Of a stretch of 61,630 nt of DNA, positions 1 through 7,984 are shown piece by piece. Numbering within the stretch: position 1 is the stretch's first letter; each line of letters opens with the position of its first letter. The notes below the pieces were generated by a model. That model saw only the letters and a program-made list of their open reading frames with translations, did not search any database and was not told where the DNA came from. Location: positions 1 to 61,630 of the IMG/VR virus record IMGVR_UViG_3300020186_000025, one strand, 5' to 3'. Made by a program: the position numbers and the translations under genes. The DNA is from a virus (lineage: Duplodnaviria; Caudoviricetes).

Positions 1-192
1 CAGCTACCTGGCCTGCCTGCCTACCTGCCAGCCTGCCAGCTACCTGGCCTGCCAGCTACCTGGCCTGCCAGCTGCCTGCCAGCTACCTGGCCTGCCTGCC
101 TGCCAGCTACCTGCCAGCTACCTGCCAGCCTGCCTGCCTGCCTGCCAGCCTGCCAGCTGCCTGCCAGCTACCTGCCAGCCTGCCTGCCTGGC
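1..192. repeat. Irregular low-complexity repeat built from CCTG/CCAG/CTA modules, truncated by contig start
   Basis: Directly visible shuffled units such as CCTGCCAGCTA and CCTGCCTG; contains no TC or GA dinucleotide. Confidence 0.9.
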
Positions 193-232
193 ACCTTGCT
201 TTTACACGATAATAAAAATAAGTCGGCATATT

Positions 233-274
233 GAAAAATAGTTGTTTACATGTGCATAAGCCAACTGCTATAGA
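233..274 (+). promoter_or_regulatory. Strong early sigma70-type promoter
   Basis: A-tract GAAAAATAGTTG, then TTTACA (245-250), and GCTATAGA at -10; near-copy at 61070-61109. Confidence 0.7.
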
Positions 275-690
275 AGGTCATGGCGCAAGGGCAAGTAACC
301 TGGCACCAAGGGCCACCGCCCCTAGGGGCGGCACATAGGTCCAACGGCTAGTAGGCCGGGTTCGGGTAAGGCACAAGCTGTATCCGGCAAAGTGTAGCAC
401 GGTGGCTCTTGGTCCGCTTGCACGCCCGGTCTGGTTTCTAGCGTAACACCGCGCCAATGGGCGCTGTCCGCCAGTAAGCCGCCTCGCAAGGGCCGTAGTA
501 ACGCTTACCAGGCCACAGCAAGTCCTGGGTTGGCGCGGGTAGCAATCACCAGCAAAGTCCCTTTCTATCTTCTACCCTCCACCGCCATAGGTCTAGCCTA
601 TGGCGGTCGGTTGCCTGCCCTATAGGGCTTATACTTAAAGCCCCATAGGGCAGGCAATCATGTCTGCCCAACCCTGTAAAGGAAACTATA
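275..690 (+). ncRNA. Highly structured ~400-nt early leader or candidate ncRNA
   Basis: No credible ORF; several stems (CCGCCCCTAGGGGCGG; ACCGCCATAGG/CCTATGGCGGT 581-607; TTGCCTGCCCTAT/ATAGGGCAGGCAA 611-657). Confidence 0.4.
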
Positions 691-692
691 CT

Positions 693-1238
693 ATGGCAAA
701 CTCCAACGCAACGAACCGCTTCGCCACTCGCAAGGGCAAGGTCGCATCCGCCGCCACCGAGGTGGTCTCCGAGATCGTGCCCGAGGTCATCGTGCCCGAG
801 GTCATCGTGCCCGAGGTCATCGTGCCCGAGGTCATCGTGCCCGAGGTCATCGTGCCCGAGGTCATCCCGCCGATGGCGGGTCCGTCGGCCGCCGAAGCCG
901 AAGCTGCACTGTTCCAGCAACGCCAGGCTCTGACCATCAAGGCATGTCGTGGCTTCACCCAGAAGGCCAAGCCTCAGCGCAAGATGTTGCGCCGGATCGC
1001 CAAGATGGGCGTCCACCCCGGAATGGGTCTGGGGATCAAGCGGTGGCACCTCTACCGGGTCGGCATGACCATGCAGGAGGCCAAGACCACGCCGGGCCTG
1101 TGCTACCTGGACCTGACCTTCTGGGAGAAGAACAAGCTGATCGTGATGCGCGACTGCACCGACGAGGAATACGCCGCCGAGCTCTCGTCCTGGGAGGCGT
1201 CCAAGCCCAAGGAAGTCGCGGTGGTCGCCGCCGCATAG
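693..1238 (+). CDS. First early protein with IVPEV x6 repeat; putative DNA-binding domain paralogous to 27141..27929
   Basis: RBS AAAGGAAA before ATG 693; KRW..Y..GMT...D..F motif shared with the 27.1-27.9 kb protein. Confidence 0.8.
   Translation: MANSNATNRFATRKGKVASAATEVVSEIVPEVIVPEVIVPEVIVPEVIVPEVIVPEVIPPMAGPSAAEAEAALFQQRQALTIKACRGFTQKAKPQRKMLRRIAKMGVHPGMGLGIKRWHLYRVGMTMQEAKTTPGLCYLDLTFWEKNKLIVMRDCTDEEYAAELSSWEASKPKEVAVVAAA
774..866 (+). repeat. 15-bp tandem repeat ATCGTGCCCGAGGTC x6 (IVPEV)
   Basis: Six exact in-frame copies. Confidence 0.95.
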
Positions 1239-1246
1239 CACCGAAG

Positions 1247-1322
1247 GGACCGGGCAATGCCCGGTCCCACTCTCCCTTGTTATGCCGTCAATGGTGACGG
1301 CATTATTTAGGAGAAGAAGATG
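1247..1322 (+). repeat. Intergenic double-hairpin plus RBS cassette, copy 1
   Basis: GGACCGGG..CCCGGTCC, ATGCCGTCA-ATGG-TGACGGCAT, then TTTAGGAGAA..ATG. Confidence 0.9.
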
Positions 1323-1586
1323 AGTCATTATGACATCAACTATGCCAATCTTGCGCCGGACGCGAAGCGCACCCAGGCAATCCAGGATATCAAGAACCAC
1401 CTCGGCGTCAACAAATATGATGAGCTGACGGAAGTCATCCACCAGAACTACCAGTTGCCTCTCAGCTTGGATGACTTCCGCATGGCAGTTGCCATGTCGG
1501 GCATCCAGGGCTATCCTGTCCTCGCATGGCATGAGGTCCTGTGGCCAGGTGAGGAAGGCGAATCGGCCAGGGCGGGCGCGGCCTGA
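1320..1586 (+). CDS. Early hypothetical protein
   Basis: AGGAG RBS inside the cassette; 88 aa ORF. Confidence 0.8.
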   Translation: MSHYDINYANLAPDAKRTQAIQDIKNHLGVNKYDELTEVIHQNYQLPLSLDDFRMAVAMSGIQGYPVLAWHEVLWPGEEGESARAGAA

Positions 1587-1592
1587 GCCTGC

Positions 1593-1667
1593 GGACCGGG
1601 TGAAAGCCCGGTCCTTCTCCCTTGTTATGCCGTCAATGGTGACGGCATTATTTAGGAGAAGAAGATG
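1593..1667 (+). repeat. Intergenic double-hairpin plus RBS cassette, copy 2
   Basis: Near-identical to copies 1 and 3. Confidence 0.9.
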
Positions 1668-1868
1668 GAAGCCAATATCCCTGACTGGAAGAACGACGAA
1701 ACGGTCAAGGTGGTGTATGCACCTGATGGGACCGTGGTCATCGTGATCGGGATATGCCAGTGTCAAGGCGAAGGAGAAGAAATTCGGATTGTGCTGCCGT
1801 ATAGCAACACCATGACGGAAGAAGCCATCGGGCTGTTCGTCGCGGCTGCCGATGTTTTCGCCGAGTAG
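1665..1868 (+). CDS. Early acidic hypothetical protein
   Basis: AGGAG RBS; 67 aa. Confidence 0.75.
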   Translation: MEANIPDWKNDETVKVVYAPDGTVVIVIGICQCQGEGEEIRIVLPYSNTMTEEAIGLFVAAADVFAE

Positions 1869-1880
1869 GTAAGAGGAATT

Positions 1881-1955
1881 GGACCGGGTGAAAGCCCGGT
1901 CCTTCTCCCTTGTAATGCCGCCAATGGTGACGGCATTATTTAGGAGAATGAAATG
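1881..1955 (+). repeat. Intergenic double-hairpin plus RBS cassette, copy 3
   Basis: Near-identical to copy 2 with a few substitutions. Confidence 0.9.
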
Positions 1956-2258
1956 ATCATCGGTAAATACCCTGGAATCAAATTGGTGTCGTTGCTCATC
2001 GCTTACGACAACAACAGCATCCCGGAAGGTTCCACCGAGGAACAATGGCTGCTTTCGCTGGATCCTGTCTTTGAGGTTGATGCTGATGCTGACGATCTGG
2101 CAATGCTGGATCAGTGGTGTCAAACCCTCACCAACGAGGAAGCAGAAACCTTGGCGGCCGGCGAATATGACGATATGATGGATATCGTTGCCTTGTCGCC
2201 GAAACCGGAATTCTGCAATCTTCTCTTCAACAGCGTGTTTGAGTGTAGGCAAGAATAG
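1953..2258 (+). CDS. Early, highly acidic hypothetical protein (possible DNA mimic or anti-defence protein)
   Basis: AGGAG RBS; D/E-rich 101 aa. Confidence 0.75.
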   Translation: MIIGKYPGIKLVSLLIAYDNNSIPEGSTEEQWLLSLDPVFEVDADADDLAMLDQWCQTLTNEEAETLAAGEYDDMMDIVALSPKPEFCNLLFNSVFECRQE

Positions 2259-2270
2259 ACTCTGAATCAT

Positions 2271-2301
2271 GCCCGCCCCTCGCGAGAGGGGCGGGCTTTT
2301 T
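2271..2301 (+). terminator. Rho-independent terminator of the early cassette
   Basis: GCCCGCCCCTC-GCGA-GAGGGGCGGGC-TTTTT. Confidence 0.9.
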
Positions 2302-2318
2302 CACGATCTTTTCGACCG

Positions 2319-2948
2319 TCATTCTTCTTGGTCTTCGTGATCTCTCACCTCGGTTGCCTCGCCTTCGATTGTCTCGCCGTCGGTGTAGCGGCTTTCCCAT
2401 TCGTCGATTGACTTTACCTCGGCAGGAGCGATCAGAACTCCACCAGAAACTTTCATCTCCACTTCTCTCTTGTCTCGGTATCCGGCTTCCACCCGACGCG
2501 CTTCCATCTGGATGAGTGGAATCGGGTAAATGGTCTCTTCGGTGAGCAGCTTTCCCGTGCGATCGAAAGTCTGCTTGATAGAGCCATTGAATGCGAGATT
2601 CTGGATATGCTGCACCATCTTATCACGATAAGTCTCTTCACATTCGGTGCAGGCTTCTGCGAATTCCGTATTCTTCGAGATCACTCTTTTAATCGCCGAA
2701 GAACTGACGCCGATCGCAGCGGCTGCTTTCCGGATCATTCCATGTTTCTCGTATTCATCCAAGAACTCGTTGTAGAGATCGGGAGTGAATGTTCCTTGTG
2801 ACGACACAATCTTCACGACTGTGGTTCCATCGAGGAGTTTGATCTCTTTAGCGTAGAATCGGCCCTGTTTGACTCCGTTCGTGACTTCGGCTCGGGTTGG
2901 TGAGCGCTTGGGAGATTGGAGATAATGGGAATCGTTGTCAGCGTCCAT
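2319..2948 (-). CDS. terS: Terminase small subunit
   Basis: HTH IRKAAAAIGVSSSAI, then F.EA...E...D......AF.G and Y.....L...R....YRD pattern typical of terS; AGGA RBS before ATG 2948. Confidence 0.7.
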   Translation of the reverse strand: MDADNDSHYLQSPKRSPTRAEVTNGVKQGRFYAKEIKLLDGTTVVKIVSSQGTFTPDLYNEFLDEYEKHGMIRKAAAAIGVSSSAIKRVISKNTEFAEACTECEETYRDKMVQHIQNLAFNGSIKQTFDRTGKLLTEETIYPIPLIQMEARRVEAGYRDKREVEMKVSGGVLIAPAEVKSIDEWESRYTDGETIEGEATEVRDHEDQEE

Positions 2949-3039
2949 TTTGAGAATCCTGTGTATGTAAAGAGAATGGGATCGCAGATCACCCGTATAA
3001 CTATAACCCAAGCGAGATCGCCTGACAATCGCAGATTTC

Positions 3040-3300
3040 CGTGATCAAAGTAAAGCCAGCGCCTGAGTAATATGAAGCACGACTTCTGAAGTAAAAACAA
3101 CAGGTTATCTCTATTTTTTTCATAATATAATAATATAATAATAATACTTTACTACATTCCCCCAGCTTGCGTTTCCAGCCAACTGCCGCCTCTTGGGCTG
3201 ACCACAAGCCAAAGAAACAGAAACCGCCAACTGCGCCCGACCCCGCCGCCACGTTTACCCTGCAACTCAAAACAGCCCCTCGGCTATCCTGATACCTGCA
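3040..3300. other. AT-rich non-coding locus, candidate replication origin A
   Basis: CAAAGTAAAGCCAG, (ATA)n tract, TACTTTACT and CGTTTACCC; homologous organisation at 35090-35400. Confidence 0.4.
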
Positions 3301-3397
3301 TATCCTGATGTTTACCAAAATTGACAAATGAAAACAAACACTTGTGGGACCTTCAAAATGTGTATATAGATATGGTGTATCAACCTAGGAATCGCAC

Positions 3398-3937
3398 ATG
3401 TCACCCCCAACCCTCATCCGACCTGCTACGATGGACAATATCCGGCTTTTCCATCGCCAAAAACCCAAATTCAACCCGGAAAAGTTTGATTTGCATGGTC
3501 TAAACAACATAACCATCATGATCAGACTCTACAAGTCCTTCAGTGCGATGCCGATTATGCGCACGATGGTCGAAAAGGACGCTCTTATGACTGAGTTGTT
3601 CAGTGATCAGCGCACAATTTCCAAATGTCAGGTCGGCAGGATTCTGGAATCAGTTGTCCAGTATCGGCTCAGCTTTCAGAAAAACTCCAGGCGACCTGAT
3701 GGATCTATAAACAGAATGTATTGGAGATGGACTCATCCGCTTGAGATCGTCTACGGGCTGGAATGTTTCATGATCCAAACATGGTTGTGTGACTGGATCA
3801 AATTGAACGGTGAGAAAGTCACGATTGAAGTCATCGAGGACGAACTTGAAGTTCTTCGTGATATGGACAATTCTGAGGAGAAAGAACTCTTCGAGGTGAT
3901 GGAGGATAAGGGTTTGTTTAGGGCTCGACGCCGATAG
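3398..3937 (+). CDS. Hypothetical protein (only internal plus-strand gene outside the early cassette)
   Basis: TAGGA RBS, upstream TTGACA/TATAGA elements, terminator hairpin right after the stop. Confidence 0.75.
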   Translation: MSPPTLIRPATMDNIRLFHRQKPKFNPEKFDLHGLNNITIMIRLYKSFSAMPIMRTMVEKDALMTELFSDQRTISKCQVGRILESVVQYRLSFQKNSRRPDGSINRMYWRWTHPLEIVYGLECFMIQTWLCDWIKLNGEKVTIEVIEDELEVLRDMDNSEEKELFEVMEDKGLFRARRR

Positions 3938-3970
3938 TGGAGGAGTCGACCGGCAGTCGACTCCTCCACT
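3936..3970. terminator. Hairpin between convergent genes, probably a bidirectional terminator
   Basis: Perfect 15-bp inverted repeat AGTGGAGGAGTCGAC-CGGCA-GTCGACTCCTCCACT. Confidence 0.75.
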
Positions 3971-3979
3971 TTCCTTGTT

Positions 3980-4252
3980 CTACTTCTTCGGCCAATCATT
4001 GGGATCAGACTTCATCAAGACGTCGAGCATCTGTTTCTTGATTCTTGCCACAAACAGCAGAGCATCCAACAACTGATCGACGATCTCATGAAGTTCCATT
4101 CGATGAAGTTCCATCCGATTGGGATCTTCGTCGGTGGCAGCATCAGTGAAGTTTTCGCGAGCGAGATTCAGCTTTTCTGCCAATCGCGTGACTTTCATGG
4201 CTTTCACCATCAGTCTCTTTTGGGCTTCCTGAATTTCATCGGACATGATCAT
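3980..4252 (-). CDS. Hypothetical helical or coiled-coil protein
   Basis: AAGGA RBS, tight packing with neighbours. Confidence 0.7.
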   Translation of the reverse strand: MIMSDEIQEAQKRLMVKAMKVTRLAEKLNLARENFTDAATDEDPNRMELHRMELHEIVDQLLDALLFVARIKKQMLDVLMKSDPNDWPKK

Positions 4253-4255
4253 TCC

Positions 4256-4561
4256 TTATTGAACAGAGTTGAAGGTCTGAAGAAGACTCCAGATGGGATA
4301 GAGCGTCAGAAAGATGCCGACAGCCCAAACGAAGAAGACTCCAACCTTCGAGAAGAGGCTGTAGAATACGATGACACATCTCCGATGTGACATCGCTTCA
4401 TTCAACCGATTCCAATCAGAAGCCGTGTTTCGAATCCCGAAGGCCTCCCTCTCTAGTATTCGCTTCACCTCGGCATCATACTCGGAGCTCCCATAAACGA
4501 TCGTCCGGGTGAGCGGCTGACGATTGAATATGGAGATGACGTTTTCCAGATCTGCGCTCAT
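4256..4561 (-). CDS. Hypothetical membrane protein
   Basis: C-terminal hydrophobic helix; ATGA overlap with the upstream gene at 4561. Confidence 0.6.
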   Translation of the reverse strand: MSADLENVISIFNRQPLTRTIVYGSSEYDAEVKRILEREAFGIRNTASDWNRLNEAMSHRRCVIVFYSLFSKVGVFFVWAVGIFLTLYPIWSLLQTFNSVQ

Positions 4562-4920
4562 GTCTGCGCTCCCTGTTGAGCCACCTTCTTGAACGGGATC
4601 ATGAAACTGTCCTCGAATCTGACGTGGTGAAGCCATCCGATATAAGCGACCCTGGGACCGCAGATCAGGCCGAGGCCTTGACTGTCATGTCCCAGGATCA
4701 GCCCCCTTCCAAAGATGGACTGGAGGACACCATCCACCTGGAAGGAGACGTCTCCAGGCTTCGGTTCACAGTAGTGAATCCGATCACCGAGAGAATTCCA
4801 TGTAGTAGGAGCGACATGCTTTCCCGTCAGAAAGCAGCCATAGAGATCGAGGGCGCTGTCGACGCGGACAACGTCAATCGTCTCCAGCGAGGGGTCGATA
4901 AGGAAACCATGGATGATCAT
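4558..4920 (-). CDS. Hypothetical protein (DUF3846-like)
   Basis: LIDP...G.GLILG.D..G pattern; overlapping stop and start codons. Confidence 0.6.
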   Translation of the reverse strand: MIIHGFLIDPSLETIDVVRVDSALDLYGCFLTGKHVAPTTWNSLGDRIHYCEPKPGDVSFQVDGVLQSIFGRGLILGHDSQGLGLICGPRVAYIGWLHHVRFEDSFMIPFKKVAQQGAQT

Positions 4921-5390
4921 CAGTCATGTCCGATTCTGTGATGTTGAAAATTGACAGCATGATCGATTGCCTCGAGTATGGGTGCAATCCGAAGGATGCT
5001 GTAGAGACCATCTTGTTTGACAACGAAATCGCCAGGAGCGCCGTTGTCCCAGTGATCTGCCTCATCCTGAAGGATGGTCACTCCGCTGTCGTCACCCTCC
5101 CATTGCTGATCACATTCATGGAGGAAATCAATGGCTTCTCCGTGCATCTCCATGGACAGATTGGTCTGCTCGATGTTCGTCGGCAGATTGATTCCGATCA
5201 TGAAACCGACCATCTTCCACTGACCCTCGACCTCTTCGTGGATATGGCAGTAATCCACGTTGAGGAGGCTGATCGAGTTGGTGACGAACCACTCGGCCAC
5301 GGTGGCCTGAAACCAACCTTCATTGGAGTAGACCGCTCCGGCCAAATAGCCGTCCATCAGCGCCCAGGAGAACCTGAAATTAATCGCCAT
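4920..5390 (-). CDS. Hypothetical acidic protein
   Basis: GAGGAGG RBS before ATG 5390 (the ORF-track upstream extension overlaps the preceding gene). Confidence 0.65.
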   Translation of the reverse strand: MAINFRFSWALMDGYLAGAVYSNEGWFQATVAEWFVTNSISLLNVDYCHIHEEVEGQWKMVGFMIGINLPTNIEQTNLSMEMHGEAIDFLHECDQQWEGDDSGVTILQDEADHWDNGAPGDFVVKQDGLYSILRIAPILEAIDHAVNFQHHRIGHD

Positions 5391-5721
5391 AGGGAAAGGC
5401 CTCCTCATACTCAACGATCCCTGGATGCTGGCCGTTGATCGTGCCGTGCTGCTCGTCGTATCGCGCTTGGGCTTCCCAGTCAGGCTGCGGACCGTCGGGC
5501 TCGAGTTCCTCGGCAACTCCTGCAACCCACGTATCCCACGCCTCAAGCACTTCGTTGAGGTTGTCATCGGTGACCGGGACAGAGTCCCATCCGCCGTGAT
5601 AGTCATCGGGATAACCATCCAGGTCATACTCGATAACCTCATAGTGACCTTCGTCAATCACCAACTCGAAACGCCAGCCGCCAATCCTCGCGGACTTGAC
5701 TTTCTTGAACTTCCATGCCAT
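5380..5721 (-). CDS. Hypothetical, very acidic protein
   Basis: GGAGG RBS directly downstream of a conserved promoter. Confidence 0.75.
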   Translation of the reverse strand: MAWKFKKVKSARIGGWRFELVIDEGHYEVIEYDLDGYPDDYHGGWDSVPVTDDNLNEVLEAWDTWVAGVAEELEPDGPQPDWEAQARYDEQHGTINGQHPGIVEYEEAFPYGD

Positions 5722-5749
5722 CTTGGTGTCCTCCATAACAGGCACTTAC

Positions 5750-5778
5750 AGGGTAGCATCCACAGGTGCAAATGACAA
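5750..5778 (-). promoter_or_regulatory. Conserved phage promoter TTGTCA-N17-TACCCT
   Basis: TTGTCATTTGC core repeated at several intergenic sites with exact 17-bp spacing. Confidence 0.8.
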
Positions 5779-5788
5779 CCCCCTAAAT

Positions 5789-6049
5789 TCACATCTCTTT
5801 CCAGCCTTCATTTGACCAGCGCCACGCTCCACAATCTTCAGTCTCCCTGTAGATGTAGAAGTCGATCATCAACTCGTTCTCTTCTGGACACACGAGGATG
5901 TCTGCCGTGAATGTTTCGAACGTGACGCTCCGAATGATCGATTCCAGCGGTGCATCTCCGTAGAGATAATAATCTCGCTCAACCATCTGGCGAAACTTTC
6001 CGCTCGCAATATCCGCGAGCAGTTCGGTGAGGGTGATTGTTGGTTTCAT
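5789..6049 (-). CDS. Hypothetical protein
   Basis: TAGGAG RBS after a promoter. Confidence 0.75.
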   Translation of the reverse strand: MKPTITLTELLADIASGKFRQMVERDYYLYGDAPLESIIRSVTFETFTADILVCPEENELMIDFYIYRETEDCGAWRWSNEGWKEM

Positions 6050-6070
6050 GTTTGCACTCCTAAGCTGCCA

Positions 6071-6313
6071 TTACAGGGTAACAGCCTGCGAGGCAAATGA
6101 CAACCCCTTAATTTCACTCTCTTTCCGGGTCAATCTGCGTTCATGAATAACGCGACCTTGCTCGATAAAGCTGATAACGGATTCAAGTTTCAAACCATAA
6201 TATTCTGCCATGAATTCGCGAGTCAGAAACTCATTCACCCAAGACAAATAGAATCGCCGCAAATGAGCAGGGTCACTGAGTGCCAAGGCTTGTAGATCAA
6301 TTTGGTAGGTCAT
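6071..6313 (-). CDS. Hypothetical phage protein (WVNEFLT..MAEYYGL motif)
   Basis: AAGGAG RBS; motif recurrent in phage early proteins. Confidence 0.7.
   Translation of the reverse strand: MTYQIDLQALALSDPAHLRRFYLSWVNEFLTREFMAEYYGLKLESVISFIEQGRVIHERRLTRKESEIKGLSFASQAVTL
6075..6103 (-). promoter_or_regulatory. Conserved phage promoter TTGTCA-N17-TACCCT
   Basis: Same motif family, embedded in the end of the upstream ORF. Confidence 0.8.
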
Positions 6314-6360
6314 TCAGCGCTCCTTGTATTGTTTTGACAGGAAATCAGCGGTCGCCACTC

Positions 6361-6795
6361 CTAGGCTGTCTTCGCGCTGGGATGGCTCACACCAGGATGG
6401 TTCAGCCATCCGATCACCTTCATTGCACCAACTCCGGAACAGGTTCTCGCGACTTCCCGGTCAATCTGTTTCAGGAGAGTTTTGACAAACTCCTGATCTG
6501 TCTTCAGGCTGGCGTTGGTAGTCAGCCCAACGTGCATCTTCACGTCTTCCTTGGTGACGTAAAGATCGCCATTTTCTCCGGTGCAGAAAGCGCCGAGAAC
6601 TCGCTGCCAGCGGCTCAGCCTCTGCCAGACCATATCGATGTTCTCTTCTGTGATCTGACTAAAACCACACGGAATAGTCGCCCAGACGATGGCGTTCGTG
6701 ACGGGATGCCACTGAGGTTTTCCCATCCACTGGAAAGGAGAGGTCGTGACGTTGGCATGATCGTAGACTTCTGTTACGTTGAAATCAAGGCTCAT
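6361..6795 (-). CDS. Hypothetical protein
   Basis: AGGA RBS after a promoter. Confidence 0.75.
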   Translation of the reverse strand: MSLDFNVTEVYDHANVTTSPFQWMGKPQWHPVTNAIVWATIPCGFSQITEENIDMVWQRLSRWQRVLGAFCTGENGDLYVTKEDVKMHVGLTTNASLKTDQEFVKTLLKQIDREVARTCSGVGAMKVIGWLNHPGVSHPSAKTA

Positions 6796-6824
6796 TCTTT
6801 ATCCTAACATTTAGCTGCCCTTAT

Positions 6825-6853
6825 AGGGTAACAGCTTGGCAGGCAAATGACAA
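6825..6853 (-). promoter_or_regulatory. Conserved phage promoter TTGTCA-N17-TACCCT
   Basis: Same motif family. Confidence 0.8.
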
Positions 6854-6864
6854 CTACAAAATAT

Positions 6865-7173
6865 CTAAGGTTTGACATAATGCGGATTGGCGACGAAGAA
6901 CTTCTTTGCTCGAGCCTTAGCATCGGCCAGAGTCGGAGAGGTTTCTACGAGTTTGACCAGTTTCATCTCGCCGTCTTGGAAGATGTCCACTTTTATAGTG
7001 ATCGGCGAATGATTTCCGGACTTCGCGTTGGCCGGAACGTAGTCATCTTCGCACTCAAGAAGAATTCGGTTCTTCTCGTTGACGATTCCCACCGGCCAAT
7101 TACGTCTGTGAAAAGACCTGTAGAGACCGGTTGAAGCGGGCGAGACTTCCCACTTTATTTTGATCTTATTCAT
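6865..7173 (-). CDS. Hypothetical protein
   Basis: ATGA overlap, AGGA RBS. Confidence 0.7.
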   Translation of the reverse strand: MNKIKIKWEVSPASTGLYRSFHRRNWPVGIVNEKNRILLECEDDYVPANAKSGNHSPITIKVDIFQDGEMKLVKLVETSPTLADAKARAKKFFVANPHYVKP

Positions 7174-7358
7174 GGCAGTCCTATCATTTCATATTCTCTG
7201 TCTAACCGATCCAGAGTCTCGTAGTCATCTCTCATCATGGCGTCGTCACGCCGATCGCTCCACGCTTTGAACTCCATTCTTGCACGAAGAAGATTCTGAT
7301 TTCTTGTCGGCAGATCAACACTGAACGAGATCATTATCACATCACCCATGTTCAGCAT
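7170..7358 (-). CDS. Hypothetical protein
   Basis: Fills the gap in the operon. Confidence 0.55.
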   Translation of the reverse strand: MLNMGDVIMISFSVDLPTRNQNLLRARMEFKAWSDRRDDAMMRDDYETLDRLDREYEMIGLP

Positions 7359-7983
7359 ACTCGGCGACCAAGGTCAGGAAGTCATTCCAGTTCTCGTGCC
7401 GGACGACAACTTCCTTACCGAAGACTTTCAGTCCCACAACGGAAAGCTGAAAGTGTCCATCATCGAACTCGATGAACATGCCATTCTCATCGGAATTACC
7501 GATGATGTTTTTCAGCATGGGGCCAGCATCGCCGTAGGCGAAAGCGAACTTGGTTATCTTTTCCTCTGACTGTTCAAGATGGCTGTCCATCTCGTCAGCC
7601 TCGTCAGCCTCGCTGTAGGAGAGCCACCATCCGAAGTCTGCTCCGTCACCGTGGTGAGCACCGAAGTAGAAGTATCCAGGAGCCAGATCATTGAGGGTTG
7701 ACTGCAACTCTTCAACCAGTCCAGGACCGCGATCCATCCAATGTTTGACGAGGTCATCGTAGAAGAGGTCCTGGACCTCGGGCTGGGAATCCCAGACGGT
7801 GGACTGCCAATCCAGAGCGGTGTTGAGCCACGAGCGGGCTTCATAGACCAGCATCGGGGTCAGGGTCTTGACTGCGGCCAGTTCGTCGCTGAACGCTTTG
7901 ATCAGATCTTCTGGCCGGTGAGTCCCGGCAGAAACGCTGCCGCAGACACGACCATAGCCATTGATATGGAAATCGGCTTTCAT
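7342..7983 (-). CDS. Conserved hypothetical phage protein
   Basis: GSVS.GT.R.EDLI and LAPGYFYFGAHHGDGADFGWW motifs. Confidence 0.75.
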   Translation of the reverse strand: MKADFHINGYGRVCGSVSAGTHRPEDLIKAFSDELAAVKTLTPMLVYEARSWLNTALDWQSTVWDSQPEVQDLFYDDLVKHWMDRGPGLVEELQSTLNDLAPGYFYFGAHHGDGADFGWWLSYSEADEADEMDSHLEQSEEKITKFAFAYGDAGPMLKNIIGNSDENGMFIEFDDGHFQLSVVGLKVFGKEVVVRHENWNDFLTLVAEYAEHG

Positions 7984-7984
7984 T

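Noticed and set aside
1247-1955. Possible CRISPR array or integron attC sites
   Set aside because: The 'spacers' are 210-270 bp protein-coding genes, the repeats include an RBS, and there is no cas or integrase gene
546-2270. 574-aa minus-strand ORF with DDLGH repeats
   Set aside because: Antisense shadow of four plus-strand genes that have clear RBSs; it translates the intergenic repeats
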